A stretch of 64,000 bases of DNA from Phoronis australis (Eukaryota > Animalia > Phoronida), in assembly GCA_002633005.1 (NCBI GenBank), contig NMRA01000529.1, positions 62,001 to 126,000 on the forward strand, read 5' to 3'. Below, piece by piece: positions 10,901 through 22,856 of this stretch (within the stretch, counting starts at the first letter, position 1; each line of letters begins with the position of its first letter). Under the pieces are notes generated by a model, which saw only the letters and a program-made list of their open reading frames with translations, was not told the origin of the DNA and did not search any database. Position numbers and translations under genes: made by a program.

Positions 10901-13900
10901 TAGACACATAACTAATATTTTATAGTGGATAAAACAGAAGTATAAAATGTCTGTACCACATGGTCCTCTGAAAACAAACATGCAATATCTTAAAATGTTG
11001 AGAACATAAAATATAATTAAAAGTAATTATAATTTGAATTAATCATTAATGATGGCTGCTGCACCACAATTCTACTGCTGTTGACATTTTCAGTTAATTC
11101 TTTTCACAATTCATGCCATAATTCTGACCTAGCTGTATGAGTTTCACTCATTGATCACATTACCCCTGTGTCAAAATGCCGCAGGTATTGGTCTACACTG
11201 AAAGTGAGCCACCACTGCAGTTTATTCAATATGTCAAGTAACATACTCTGTTGCATTAATGCAGGAATTACGAAGATGCCTTGAAGCTGATGAGGCGAGC
11301 TACAGCACTGCCACCTAGGAAAGTGGATTACCATGACAGCGTAAGGACAACTGTTAAAAAACTGTTTCTGCTCTTAAAAAGTGCACAAGGCTAAAGTGTG
11401 CATGACCTATGGTGATTCCTACTTCATCCAGACCCTTCAATCAGTCAAAAGGGGGGGGGGGCATCCTCGAAGTCAAGAATGTCTCCAAGCAACCAGAGGT
11501 CTTTATTTTTGGTAGAAGTAATATCAGAAACATTTGTTTTCCCGTTAATGTCTAGTGCTTAAACTGAGTTATGCTAATATGTAGTCTCCATAGTGGGATC
11601 CCAGCTAATTGAACTTCACTACTGACAGTATACTGTCACGAGACACAGTATTAGACTTTTGGAAGTTAGATTTTGCTCTCTTTTCTGGAATGCATTCAAA
11701 ACAGTAATAACTTGTTGTTCATGGTCGTTTGATTTCTTGACTTCATGGACGTTTGATCTCTTGACTTCATGGTCGTTTGCTCTCTTGTCTTCATGGTCGT
11801 TTGATCTCTTGGCTTCATGGTCGTTTGATCTCTTGACTTAATGGTTGTTTGATCTATTGACTTCATGGTCATTTGATGTCTTGACTTCATGTTCGTTTGA
11901 TCTCTTGACTTCTTTGTAGGCGGAGACAGTTCAAAATCGGGTGTACAAATCCCTTAAAGTCTGGTCCATGTATGCTGATTTAGAAGAGAGTTTTGGTACT
12001 TACAAGGTAAATTTAGTTTCCAGTTTTTATTAACAACAGCTGAAGTGTCATGCTATATTTCAACCGATCAGTTAATATCATTTATAATACATCGTAGGCA
12101 TTGCTTGCATGTACATATTAAATACATAAGGTCAAATGAATATTCAGAGTATTTACTCAGAGAGCACGATTGTCTTAAAGTCATAGCCTTCTGAATTTAC
12201 AATGCTAGGCGCTGGGTACTGACAGGATTTTTCTGTTTGAATAAGAGAAGAGTTTCATATCTTCATATTAAAACAGTGAAGCATAGAGCTTTGACCGTGG
12301 GTAACAAACAGTAAAGTTTGCAGCAACTATTGGGGCAGTGGTATTTAAAGAAAAATTCCATGCGGGACAGTATTTAGGCCCATGCGGCTATTTTGCGCTT
12401 TAATTATTTCTGATAGAAATCAAGTATGTGAGCTTTTATGTGAAACAGATTTAGTAAACCCAAAATCAAATTCTTAAAATAGTCAAATTTTTCATGTTCA
12501 AAATGTTGTCTATTAGACAACTATGAATAGGAAAGTGCATACATGTAATATGTTCTTGCCCGTAAGTGACTTTAGTTCACTTAGACACCACTTGGTGGTT
12601 CCTCATGGGTAAGCTCCAAGTGTGTTGTGTAGTCTTGTCTCGCTTTGCTGCCATCAATTTCCTGTGGTGTATTTCAGTCATGCAAGGCAGTGTACGACCG
12701 TATCATAGAGCTTAGAATAGCCACGCCACAGATTATTATCAACTATGGCATGTTTCTGGAGGAAAACAATTATTTTGAGGAAGCTTTCAAGGTATGTACT
12801 GTAATGAATAGGATATATTTCTATTTTGTGTTTTTGGTTTCTGGTTTCCCTCAGTCTCTTAATGATTGAGTTCTTGACGTGCTCAGTTTCAATTTGTTAC
12901 TAGTAGCTTTTCAGTTGATCAGTGATAAAAAACAAAAAAATGAAATTCTGGTTGAGGCTGGTTGTTGTGATATATTTAGGTTTATTGCCAAGGCGACTAG
13001 TTCAAGCTATCTCATGGCAATTTTACTGTTCCCCGGCACTTTTCTACTTTTGCATAAGACTGTCTTCTCTCTAAAAGTCATTTTTGGTTTAGGCTTGTTG
13101 TCAATTAAAATAATTACGACTTTTTCTCTGCATTAATTGAAAGTTGTTAGAACTTGGGCAACCTAACATGTCACTACTGCTGAAGAGGAGGCTCTACAAA
13201 TTGGCTCAATCCAGTAGATAATTTTATGTGTCAAGTGGTGATGAGCTGTCAGCTCTTACCTAGCCATTGGATTGCTTCTAATAGAGCTAGCAAAGAACAA
13301 GTTTGGAGCAATTGTATAATGGTTACTGTATGTGTCTCAAATTGAAATAAGTTTTATGACAGAACTTGGCTTCATGCAATTGAACCGTGTTGATATGAAC
13401 CTGAAATATTAATTTCTCACTTAAATTCATTGCACAGTGTGGATGTTTTGGTACTTGTGAAATGAAATGTTTTAGACAAGTTAGTGTCTTGTCATTCACA
13501 TTGCTCATGGTTTGTTCATTTTCATGCTACTACAGGGTTCTTCCTAAACAAAAATTCAAACATGGCGCAAATTCCTTGTCATGTTTTTGTGAGTAACTTC
13601 CCTTTCAGTTAAATTCACAAAAACAACTACTACTAAAATACACATTTTCTCTGGCTGAGCATGTCACAAAAAAATTTTCTGCAGAGGAGCATGTGCTAAT
13701 AAGCAATACCATTTCTTGTGAGGCAAGAAAAACTAGTTTTAGTCATAAAATTTAGAAATGGCTCTGTGCTTTTCAAATATGGTTCAAGATTTACAAATAC
13801 GGTGCAAAACATTTGAAACATGGTGACATGGTGTAGTACCATATTTGAATAGATTGAGTGAGGACTCTGTACTAAGAGAACAAAGATAGTTCACTTTAAA

Positions 13901-16900
13901 TAACTGAACTTCTTGGTTGTTCCATTGGTGCCTGGGACTCCACTGTGATGAAAACTAACAAGAAACGTTGATATTCGCAATATTCTAGGCTTACGAAAAG
14001 GGTGTTGCTTTGTTCAAGTGGCCTAACGTGTATGACATATGGAACACTTACCTGACCAAGTTTATCGAGCGATTTGTGAGTATCTAAGGCTTTTGTTAGT
14101 GTATTGTGGGAATATTATTTAAAGCAATAAAAACAGCAATCAACAATAATCATAGCCTGGTTTTTCACTGAAGTCAAAGTAGCCACTTCAAGTTATGCTC
14201 ACCCCTGTCTGGGTCATAATGTTGTGTCTCATTCACTAAACTCCAGACTTCTTCTATTTCAAAAAGGGAATTTCTATTCCAGTACCTTTTCAAGTTTGAC
14301 TGCAGATTACAGAATTTGATGCACAAATCAGGCAAAATGGGTGATTTTGATGCTAAATCTTGTGATTTGACACAAAACGTTCCAGAAGGGTGTCAAGTTC
14401 CCCCAGCAAAGTGCCATCTACGGTAGACTCCCGCATCACGTATTTAACTGTCAACTGATGCAGAAATCAGGCAAGACAGGTGATGTTGATGCCAAATCTT
14501 GCCATTTGACTCGGACCATTCTGGAAGGGTGTCAAGTTTTCCCAGCAAAGTGCCATCCATGGTAGACACTCACGGTGCTTATTTATCTGTCATCTTGCTG
14601 TGTTGGGGTTGATGTCAGCTGAGGTTGATTCTAGCCAAGTTTTATTGCCTAATGGGTATAATTCAGGTCACTCTTGGCAGGAAACTTAGCACTAACTGGT
14701 ATACCTTGTATAACAGAGAACTACTGTTTTTTGTGCAACATTCTCATTCAGGCTTTTGCAAAACTGTGTATGACATTGATATTTTTGTTGCAATGAGAAA
14801 TGTGAAAGGCACATTGTGTACCTAGTCTGTAGGTGAGAGCATTTTAGCCTATGAAACGTTTCCTTTCTATGACTTTTTGTATGTGGTCCTGAATAGTAAA
14901 CTGGGTTAAGTTTGATGATATGTGAGGGAAGTTTGGATTAACAGTAAGCCGGGTAGATTTAATATGGGAAGCTTTGTCACTTGTGTGGGAATTTACCTAT
15001 CGAGTGAAGACGATGTTGTTAAAGGTATTTTGATTCTATATGACTGTGCTAGTACGTTATGTGTTATTTGAGCATTTGGGAACTGAAAAATCTGCAATAG
15101 TACTGTCTCTTTCTTTGATATGTATTGTGTATTATGATATCAAAAATCAAAGTTTTGCTTGTATTAAGTAGTGGACATATTGCCTCTAGGGTGGGAAGAA
15201 GCTGGAGAGAGCTCGCGATCTCTTCGAACAGTGTCTTGACGGATGCCCCACAAGGTTTTGCAAACGTAAGTCAGGAAGATTGGTTTCCATGGAGTTTTCT
15301 TGTAATTCTTTGAGTGGGTTACTTATGTGGTTGTTTTATATGTGATTGGTGGAGAATGCACTCACATTTTGTGGATAAGGTCCTTCATGAAATTAGTGAG
15401 GGATTATTGACTGGAAGAATGGACATGTGGACTTAGACAATGGCTTAAGTTAGTTAATTATATGTATTTGAGACAATTACACCAAGTTATCAGAAAAGCT
15501 GACAAGATCTTTACGAAGATTGGCCAATTTTTAAAACCAGCTTCTTTTCAAACAATTTCCTGGTTTGTTTTTGACTGGTTTCCTATACGGATATTCAATG
15601 ACGCAAAACTTTTTGGAAAGTTACTGATTTATGTTTTTAGTTTCAGAAACATTCTTCCTCTGTTCCAATTATTTACAGCAACACTGATGCGACATCAGTG
15701 ATTTAATGTTTGTTTTGTCCCCTTTTGACAGCCATATATTTGTTATATGCCAAGTTAGAGGAAGAGTTTGGCCTAGCTAGGCATGCCATGGCTGTCTATA
15801 ACCGGGCTGTAGAGGCTGTATTACCCGAGGAACAATTTGAGGTAAGTGGAGTTGAGCAGGTATCTCAGACTTGTTGGCTGCTTGTTCAAATTATGACCAG
15901 GTTTTCCATGTTGAATGGAAAGGGTGTGGCCCTCTGCATTTGGAGCAGACTTTGATGTAACCTGCCTCGGACTGACCAGTCAGAACATCTGGTCGAGTGA
16001 AACCAATGAATCTGTGAAGCACGCTACTGACTGGCCAGTGTCGGAAAATCTTTACCCTTTGTGTGGAAGAGTCAAATATAGTTAGGAGACGTTCTGAAAG
16101 TAACTGAGGTAAATTTGGGTTGAGGCAGATTTGCATGGTGACTCAGGGTGACTCCAAGGAAGTCACTATAGTGTAAATAGGGACAAGCATTGTACGGGGT
16201 CGATTAAAAGTTTTTTATTGGGGAGCGTTGAGCCAAACATTTATGTCAGCCTTGCCAAGTATGTTAATTACTATTTTTGCACTGATTGGTTCTCTTTAAG
16301 TGCTTTATTAGGCAGCTTTCTCGGAAACTTGCCGAACTCTGCAAAGTTATGGGGAAAATGTAGAAAAAGTGTTGAATCTTAATACTAAATAGCTCACATA
16401 GTGGCCTAAAGTTGTTGGTGTTAAATGTCCTTGCTTAACTGTGAGATAGAACGTTTTTTTAAAAACTAATGTATCTACTCCTGCAGGTGATGCTCTCAGA
16501 TTTTGGAAAGCCTGGTGTATTTAAGTGAACTTTAGAATATCATCTCAAAATCATAATTATGTATGTTCGTTATTCTACATGCCTTTAATAGGTGATGATC
16601 AAAATGTATGAGTGACTGTGTGAATATTGTGTCTCAAGTTGTTTCACGTGTCTCATTCCAGATGTACAATATCCACATTAAGCGAACAGCTGAAGTGTAC
16701 GGCATCACGCACACTCGCGCCATCTATGAGAAAGCAATTGAAGTACTGAATGATGAACAGGCGAGGTGAGACACTGTGATGTTGATGTGAGATATTGAAG
16801 ATAAACAATTAGCCGAAATAGCCTCATGAAATAAGCCAAAGTAGTGCATACCATTTAGACAAAATAGGGCAAAGGAAGAACCCAAAATGATCCAAAGCAA

Positions 16901-19900
16901 TAAACCAAAATACTTTTAAGTATTAAGGCAAAAAGAATGCAAAGCCATTTAGTCAAAATAGTACCGAATAATAAAATTTTCTTTGTTTTGTCTCAAGCCT
17001 GCTTCTGTATTGGATTCAAAGCTTTGAGAAACTAATAAATTTAGACATCTTTGAAACATTTACCAGCTTCATTTTGATAACAAACATCAGTGTCTACGCT
17101 GCCATCTCTGAAGTTAATATGCAAAATGGCTTCTGTACTGAGATTGAATGAGCAGTTTGATGTTGAAAATACTGTGCAATCACATGGTTGTTTGGCTCTT
17201 TTTTCTTGGGAACTTTTTAATACATAGTTGTGATAAAACTAAAGCTGGTTTGATTGGATTCTCTCAAACAATTACTTTACAGTAACACCTGGCAGTTGCC
17301 CACTTATATCTGTCGGTGAACATAGACATGTTGTCAGCAAATTTGCTCACAGCAAAACAGATACAGACTAATTATTTTACACTATGAGACAACTCAGCAT
17401 CCTGTTTTGGGATATGTCTGCTGAGATTGCTTTGTTTCATGGATAAGTGTCTTATCATACAGGGAGATGTGTGTGAGGTTCGCTGACATGGAGAGAAGAC
17501 TGGGTGAAATTGACCGAGCACGGCGTATCTACGCTCACTGCTCACAGATGTGTGACCCAAGGGTAAGTCAAGCCAACAGACTTAGTTAAAGTAACATAAA
17601 GCGATCAGGCTTAACTTGCTTGACTACATATGGTTGATATTGCTCTGTCAACTTATTTGATCAATAACTGTGACTGTGTATGTGCGTCAACATGTGTCTG
17701 CCTTTCTCTAGGTGACCAGTTCCTTCTGGCAAACTTGGAAAGATTTTGAAATCAAACATGGCAACGAGGACACTGTTCGTGAAATGTTGAGGATCAAGCG
17801 TAGTGTGCAAGCCATCTATAACACACAGGTGGGTCCCATGGTTATCTTTAAATATTTGATTCAGTTCCCTGGCAATCCATTTTCTACAGGCTATTCAGTT
17901 GCAACCCTTGACTGAATTCAGAAACCCTTGGTTATGGCGTGCTGTTCATCATTTGGACACCTAAGTAATGTAAGCTGTCAGGCAACATGGGTGTCTTTTT
18001 TAACTTCCTAGAAACATCTCTGGAGCTCATTGGCCTGTACCAGGGCCTGCTTCCTGAGGAGGTTTGTGTTCTGAAATTTGCGGTTCATTTAGCTCTAGGT
18101 ATAAGAGAAATTTATAGGAATGCCTTGCACATGTTTTGGTTAGACCAGTTCTTAGATATTTGATGCAGTATGTCACTTGGCATGGGGTGTCATTTGATGC
18201 AGTATGTCACTTGGCATGGGGTGTCATTTTATGCTGTTTGCTGCAATGCATGATTGTGTTGGTGCAGGATTACTGTAAACCGCTAACAGAAGGCCCAGAA
18301 TATGGAATAGAGAGCTACAAACTTTGAAAACATGACGTAAATTGTAGGTATGCTGTGGTGATTTTTATGGCTGTTAGAAATAACACTTCGCCATCTGTTG
18401 TCTGTTTACAGGTGAACTTCATGTCTGCCCAGATGTTAGCGGCACAATCTGGTGGGGAACCAGCAGCAACAGGTTAGTTGATGAGCTCTTTTGCTTGTTA
18501 TTGGTCTTTGGTGATATATCTTTTCAGCATTCCAGAAATCTGTACCATGATAAGAGCAGGTGAGCATGACCTTTATGTGTGCACTGACCGGGTCACACCT
18601 CACTGGATGAGTCTTCCAAGAACCCTCCATTTTGTTATGGAATTATTATTGAATGAAGTATTACGGTAGTTCTTGCATGGGACTGTTTTGTTTTAGTCCA
18701 GTTTCAAGACTGTTTATCCTGAATATGGAAAATCAAATGGAAGCTGTAAGTGATGGCATTCTTTCCACCTACAGAAGACAGTGAAGCTGATGAAATGAAG
18801 AAACTGGAGGAGAAAGCAATGGCTCTGGCTGAAGAGTCTATGAAAGACAAAGCCAAACCAGACAAAGGCATTCTGTTTGTCAGGTAATGCATAGTCTCAG
18901 CTTATGGCTGTTAATGAGCAACTAGTATTAGGCTTTGCATGACAAAACAAATCACTGAACCAGCTTTAAACTTTTGAGCGTGCTTGCTCTGTCATTTTGA
19001 ACTTTGTTCAAGAAATAGATTGAGAAGCATTCAAGATCTATAATAATTGTGGTTCCTCACTTGAGTCTTGGAGTGTATTTCAAAGAGTGAGTTCTTTGCC
19101 AGAACAATAAGATCATACGAGCTGAATGACCACCTCTGATTGAGGTCATTGGTTAAGGTCTGAGCTCATCCAGTGAGCTGATTGATTGAGCTCAGTGGTT
19201 GGCCAGGCTGAAATGGTATGAAACTTTCTGTTTCTATTCGAAAAGTGAAATTTCTCTTGCAAGTGTTGTGTATTTTTGGAGTACATCCCTTCTCATCCTG
19301 AACAGTATCGTAGAACACATGTCAAGTGACTGACTGTAAAAATGACATCATGATAATTGTGTTAAAATGAAACAATGAAACAATTACATGAATCACTAAA
19401 CTTTTGGAGCTTGTAAAAGAGGAGTGAACCCTACACTACATTATGGAGGAATGAATGTGTACTGGGTGTGTCTTCACTTTATATCACAAAGGAATGTATT
19501 TACAATGATTGCAGTAATAACATGTTATAATGAGAATAGTATTATAACCATGTTGAAGCATTAATATGTAGAACTTAAATTTATTTCCTTTGAGGGCATT
19601 CATTACTCTGCTGAAATTTTGGTGTTAATAGAGTCTGTAAATATTGAAGGTTTCACCCAAAGTTCTCTAAATGGTTGACAATCATTCACTACAACCTGTA
19701 TGACCCTTTGCCCCTGTAGGAGCGACGCTACTGAGGAGGAGCTAGGGGAGGCAACCAAGATGACGAATCCTGAGGAGATCAACATTGACGACGACTACAG
19801 TAGTGATGAGGATGCCAATGTGGAGGGTACGTATCTCTACTAGGGTAGTGATGAGGATGCCAATGTGGAGGGTACGTATCTCTACTAGGGTAGTGATGAG

Positions 19901-22319
19901 GATGCCAATGTTGAGGGTACGTATCTCTACTAGGGTAGTGATGAGGATGCCAATGTGGAGGGTACGTATCTCTACTAGGGTAGTGATGAGGAGGCCAATG
20001 TGGAGGGTACGTATCTCTACTTTACTGCTATATAACCTTCTGCACAGCACCCCAAAACAATCAAAATCATTATCCTTCTCAAGTCATCAGTCTCATTTGA
20101 TTAGAGTTCATGTATGTGGGAGTGTATTTCAACTCCTAGACAGGAGGCTGAGTCAGTCACTTTCCAACTGTGAGGGACAGTGTTTTATTCCACAGATACG
20201 ACTGGAGCATAGTCTTTTGAAGGCCTTGCTTAAGGACTCATTGTCATGACTTTAGCAGGTTGGGATTGAACCCGCAACCTCTTGGTTGAGATGCATCACG
20301 GTTACCTCTCTGTCAAGCCAAATGGTCCAAATTTGTTATAGTAACCATCTGTGATTACTGGATATGAATTTTTTGTGAATCAAAGCTCTTACGGTCGACA
20401 TTACGCAGTGACAGCATCGCCAGTTTAGTTTGTTTTTAAAGAAATTAGCTGTTATGTTGTGCAACATTAATGCTGTATTAGATTACCTTAGTTTGAATTT
20501 TTACCACAGAACACAACGAAAAACATCAGACAATTTAGCACTTCTCTGTCATTACTGTTATGGTGGATCTTCTTTAAAAAACAGACTTCAACTCTTAGCG
20601 ACTTGAAATATAATGGGTGTCAACCCATAAAAGTATATATCTTTAGAAAGTTTGGAATGTGAGGAACTATAAAAATGGAAAAATCAATGGTCAATCCTGT
20701 TGTACACAGATTTTTTTCCAAAAAGCCACCTTTTTAAAAAAGTAGCTTCGGACCACGAGCTCTCACTGAACAGTTGGCATAACCAGCCAAAAACTGTCTC
20801 AAAATCACACTTCTATCTATGAACTGAATAACAGTGTCTCAGATTTCAGATACATGGTTATTTTTTTTTCATTCTAATATAATCAGTTTCATTGTAAACC
20901 ATAATTGAATAAGCAGAGCAAAGTCTGCCATAAAATCAAAACTATACCCGGTATCAAAAATCTGAGGCACTGTTTTGTGCACAAACCTTTATAGAACTTG
21001 CAAGGTAATTTCTTTTCTCTGTGACTGCTTGGTCAAATTAGAAACACAACATACAGCCACGATGTGAATATGAAAATATGAAGTAGGTTGAAAATTGCAA
21101 AAGGCTTTTAACTATGAGTTTTTGTGTCGAAACGGATCCCGGTAAGTCACTCAATCGTGTGCAGTAATATCATGATGTGGTGTTGGGGAATAAGACTGCA
21201 TGATGCGGGCTATGTGAGCCCCCAAGTTAAATTTTAGTGCAACCTGTTTGTAGAATTGTTTGGTTTTCACGTTTACAAGTCATCAGCGAATACAACTGTA
21301 CTCTGTTCAACATAGATGATGTTGAAATAGCATTGTTATTTAGTTCCTGTTATATATTAGCACAGCTAGGAGCATGCAAAAAAATACAACAGTCTTTAAA
21401 TTTCATGTTTTGAGCTTTTTTAGCAATGTACATCTAACTTGTTTCGCAAAACCCTGTTCCTCATCACCTCATGTGCAAAAAGCGCCATCTTTAGCTAATT
21501 TGAAATCGGTGGAGAATAGGATTGACCAATAATTTTCTCATTTCTATCGTTTTCCTCTCGTTCAAAACTTTCAAATATAGTTTGTCATGCATTGTGTTTC
21601 AAGTTATTAAGAGTTGAAGTCGTTTTCCAAACAAGGTTCCAGGGTAACCTTAACAGGTAGTTTCTTTTATGGCAGCAAATGTCTAATTGTAGAATGGGTA
21701 GGTCACCTTGTTAACATGCCTGTGAATTCCCCCATCAGTCATTAGGGAAGACTAGCTTGACAATGAATTTTACTTGTGCTTGACCGTCATAACGGGGAAT
21801 TCATGGTCGCGTTGTCAGAATAGTTTTAGATTGAACCGTGCGTCTTCATGAAACTTCATGGAAATGAATGTTAATAGAAACTAGTTTAACCAAAACCTTG
21901 GATTGCTTGATCAACGTTCTACATGTATTACTAGAGGACATCTACTGTTGATATTCATAAGTGGTTGGTTATTGTGACGTTAGCATTTCACGAGATGAGC
22001 GCATCAATGTTTTTATATTGATTTCATGTATTAGATAACAGACATGTTCAGCTAATAAGCAAAACTTTAAAAATATTAGTTTTAAATATTAGTTGACATG
22101 TAAACCTAAGCTCCTCCTATTTCGGACAATACAAAATCAGCTGGGTTAAAGTTAAATCCATGCTTGACTATTATTTAGGGTTCTTGTTTGTTGCCAAAAA
22201 TAAATGAAGATAGCGTGATTTTATGAAGGCAATTCTAATCAATTTCAGAAGTGTCCCTTCCCACTCATGCTGTGCCCAGTGAAGTCTTTGGTGGTCTTGC
22301 GCTCGAGGAAGATGATTGA
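4777..22319 (+). CDS. XAB2: Pre-mRNA-splicing factor SYF1 / XPA-binding protein 2 (HAT-repeat protein); gene span of 22 coding exons, ATG exon not located
   Basis: Exons join via GT-AG introns in consistent phase to 2508 nt (835 aa + stop), matching XAB2 from [10 protein letters not shown] to [15 protein letters not shown]. Confidence 0.97.
5568..5691 (+). CDS. XAB2: XAB2 coding exon
   Basis: [41 protein letters not shown]. Confidence 0.95.
6467..6664 (+). CDS. XAB2: XAB2 coding exon
   Basis: [23 protein letters not shown]...VYRRFLK. Confidence 0.95.
7327..7461 (+). CDS. XAB2: XAB2 coding exon
   Basis: [26 protein letters not shown]...GKSKHQ. Confidence 0.95.
7959..8123 (+). CDS. XAB2: XAB2 coding exon
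   Basis: [16 protein letters not shown]...[13 protein letters not shown]. Confidence 0.95.
8300..8444 (+). CDS. XAB2: XAB2 coding exon
   Basis: [31 protein letters not shown]... Confidence 0.95.
9233..9384 (+). CDS. XAB2: XAB2 coding exon
   Basis: [41 protein letters not shown]... Confidence 0.95.
9936..10055 (+). CDS. XAB2: XAB2 coding exon
   Basis: [14 protein letters not shown]...[17 protein letters not shown]. Confidence 0.95.
10347..10436. repeat. 47-bp tandem duplication (2 copies), intronic
   Basis: gtgtgaacgtcatac(t/c)attggttcattttacatgactgtacaa at 10347 and 10394. Confidence 0.9.
10732..10832 (+). CDS. XAB2: XAB2 coding exon
   Basis: [33 protein letters not shown]. Confidence 0.95.
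11265..11340 (+). CDS. XAB2: XAB2 coding exon
   Basis: [25 protein letters not shown]. Confidence 0.93.
11718..11909. repeat. 24-bp minisatellite, 8 copies, adjacent to an XAB2 3' splice site
   Basis: Unit ttcatggtcgtttgatctcttgac. Confidence 0.95.
11920..12006 (+). CDS. XAB2: XAB2 coding exon
   Basis: [29 protein letters not shown]. Confidence 0.95.
12678..12791 (+). CDS. XAB2: XAB2 coding exon
   Basis: [38 protein letters not shown]. Confidence 0.95.
13533..13869. mobile_element. Possible short MITE
   Basis: Termini cagggttct...aggactctg flanked by TACTA on both sides. Confidence 0.35.
13989..14075 (+). CDS. XAB2: XAB2 coding exon
   Basis: [29 protein letters not shown]. Confidence 0.95.
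14318..14596. repeat. ~139-bp diverged tandem duplication (2 copies)
   Basis: gatgca.aaatcaggcaa...gaagggtgtcaagtt...cccagcaaagtgccatc occurs twice. Confidence 0.85.
15190..15265 (+). CDS. XAB2: XAB2 coding exon
   Basis: [25 protein letters not shown]. Confidence 0.95.
15732..15841 (+). CDS. XAB2: XAB2 coding exon
   Basis: [36 protein letters not shown]. Confidence 0.95.
16662..16765 (+). CDS. XAB2: XAB2 coding exon
   Basis: [35 protein letters not shown]. Confidence 0.95.
17463..17562 (+). CDS. XAB2: XAB2 coding exon
   Basis: [33 protein letters not shown]. Confidence 0.95.
17712..17828 (+). CDS. XAB2: XAB2 coding exon
   Basis: [39 protein letters not shown]. Confidence 0.95.
18158..18229. 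repeat. 34-bp tandem duplication
   Basis: atttgatgcagtatgtcacttggcatggggtgtc x2. Confidence 0.9.
18412..18472 (+). CDS. XAB2: XAB2 coding exon
   Basis: [20 protein letters not shown]. Confidence 0.92.
18775..18883 (+). CDS. XAB2: XAB2 coding exon
   Basis: [20 protein letters not shown]...KGILFVR; NAGNAG-type acceptor (cagaag). Confidence 0.9.
19720..19826 (+). CDS. XAB2: XAB2 penultimate coding exon
   Basis: [35 protein letters not shown]; first of five repeated donors. Confidence 0.9.
19800..20021. repeat. 45-bp minisatellite, ~5 copies, spanning an XAB2 exon end and 5' splice site
   Basis: Unit gtagtgatgaggatgccaatgtggagggtacgtatctctactagg at 19800, 19845, 19890, 19935, 19980. Confidence 0.97.
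20130..20315 (-). mobile_element. Degenerate tRNA-derived (CORE-like) SINE remnant
   Basis: Minus-strand B-box-like GGTTCAATCCC (~20262-20272) followed by gagtccttaagcaaggcc, resembling the CORE gtgtccttgggcaag block; boundaries approximate. Confidence 0.45.
20556..21653. mobile_element. Non-autonomous DNA transposon with ~150-bp imperfect TIRs (Kolobok-like right end ...ACC|TTAA)
   Basis: gacttcaactcttagcgacttgaaa vs tttcaagttattaagagttgaagtc, and aatggtcaatcct vs aggattgaccaat, are inverted matches. Confidence 0.65.
22249..22319 (+). CDS. XAB2: XAB2 last coding exon
   Basis: [23 protein letters not shown], matching the VPxxVFGxL C-terminal motif; phase compatible. Confidence 0.9.
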
Positions 22320-22691
22320 GATGAGATGGGGAACAGTTATTAGTGAATTGAATCAACTTGCCAACTGAGAAGAGAACTGTCACAAAGTGAAGAGATAGCC
22401 TTGCATTTAATGTTATACCATATAATCGAATATCCTGGTTAATTTCACGAAATGTCAAAAAATTATGAAATCCATCTACATTAACCCGCATAATGTCATG
22501 ATTTGTTGCCATATTCCCAGATATTGCCATTAAAAATCACCTAAGTTGATTCCCACTGCTTATTAGCATTTGCGCCTTTGCTTCTCTGGCTAAAAACTAA
22601 TATAATTCAGCATAAATTAATTTTCCTTAAAAGATCTGTGTGTCTAGAGTAAAAGTCAAGTCATTTCTTGTTCACCTTTCTTACTCTGACA

Positions 22692-22856
22692 CTCTGTACT
22701 CTGCATGACTAGCTTTATAAGAGTAGTTATGATCACCCCTAAGTCGCTCTGTACTCTGCATGACTAGCTTTATAAGAGTAGTTATGATCACCCCTAAGTC
22801 GCTCTGTACTCGGCATGACTAGCTTTATAAGAGTGGTTATGATCACCCCAATGTCG
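22692..22856. repeat. 55-bp tandem repeat, 3 copies, downstream of the XAB2 stop
   Basis: ctctgtactctgcatgactagctttataagagtagttatgatcacccctaagtcg at 22692, 22747, 22802. Confidence 0.95.

Noticed and set aside
11659-11890. Repetitive ORFs on both strands
   Set aside because: Translation of the 24-bp intronic minisatellite.
8600-19300. Intronic C/D-box snoRNAs in XAB2
   Set aside because: Isolated TGATGA motifs lack a suitably spaced CTGA with terminal stem; a covariance-model scan would be needed.
19742-20249. Repeat-protein ORFs (154 aa +, 102 aa -)
   Set aside because: Off-frame readings of the 45-bp repeat.
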